Source of the DNA: a phage
Sequence record: PZ445498.1
Direction: 5' to 3' (one strand)
DNA length: 64,000 bases
Each line of letters opens with the position of its first letter. Position 1 is the first letter of the stretch. The notes beneath the pieces were generated by a model that worked only from the letters and a program-made list of their open reading frames with translations, was not told the origin of the DNA and ran no database searches. The position numbers were made by a program, and so were the translations under genes. Of the stretch, positions 63,490 through 64,000 are shown piece after piece.

Positions 63490-64000
63490 TGTTTACACAA
63501 CAAACCATTAAAGTAGTTGCAGATCATGAACTCGACACATGGGATTATAGCTTTAAAGATCTGACTGCTACAGTACAGTTTAAATCTATGCAACTGTCGT
63601 TTTTGCACATTGATCTTCAGGCTTGCAAAGAGTTTCAGGCTAAGCTCATGAATGCTCGTAAGATCTTTGGCACAGCTCGCATCCCGGCTGATAATCTGAT
63701 TAATGCACTAATCGATGCAGGATACAAACTCGTGAAGACTGAGGTGAATCGCCCTAGTACTCCAGTGACTATTCGAGATCCGTGGCAGTCTGGACCAATC
63801 ACGATGTTAAATAATTCTGATAAAAGATTAATGTCGGATATGCACAATGTTCCTTGTGGTGGCGTGGTAAGCAATACGCAATCATATAAGTTTGGGGAGG
63901 ATTGCAGTCCTTCTGTACAATTGAAACATACTCAAGAAGCTCTTGAATCTGATATGCGAAGCGTAGCACCAGCGGATGCTGGAGTTTCTAGGAACTCATA
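63489..64000 (+). CDS. hypothetical protein, 3' end beyond window
   Basis: ATG 63489; frame open to window end. Confidence 0.5.
   Translation, partial: MFTQQTIKVVADHELDTWDYSFKDLTATVQFKSMQLSFLHIDLQACKEFQAKLMNARKIFGTARIPADNLINALIDAGYKLVKTEVNRPSTPVTIRDPWQSGPITMLNNSDKRLMSDMHNVPCGGVVSNTQSYKFGEDCSPSVQLKHTQEALESDMRSVAPADAGVSRNS

Overview
This window looks like the early region of a T5-like virulent coliphage (Tequintavirus-type); all calls are from reading the sequence and recalled motifs, with no database search run. Coordinates of hand-called features may be off by a base or two. Left ~18 kb is a minus-strand replication block: 5' part of a family-A DNA polymerase, primase, DnaB-like helicase, an NAD-dependent DNA ligase split into two separately expressed ORFs, a large SF2 helicase, Sir2-like protein, HAD phosphatase and anaerobic RNR NrdD. 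From 18.3 kb genes run on the plus strand: PhoH, NrdA, an HNH endonuclease, NrdB, DHFR, thymidylate synthase, RNase H, an SPFH protein, a NadR-PnuC NAD salvage pair, then a ~9 kb tRNA cluster (28 tRNAs at 37.4-46.6 kb plus an isolated tRNA-Arg at 33.4 kb) interleaved with HNH and T5orf172-type endonuclease genes, then many small early genes including dNMP kinase, ClpP-like protease, M15 endolysin, thioredoxin-like protein and two phosphoesterases. About 34 near-identical early promoters (TTGCTx-17-TATAAT plus a conserved ATAAATTGAGAGAGGA-like leader) and numerous hairpin terminators punctuate the region. The most interesting unexplained items are several promoter-driven ORF-free segments, above all a ~1 kb one at 31.8-32.85 kb, which are candidate structured RNAs; also atypical tRNAs, an ORF interrupted by an in-frame TAA, and the phage NAD-metabolism gene set.
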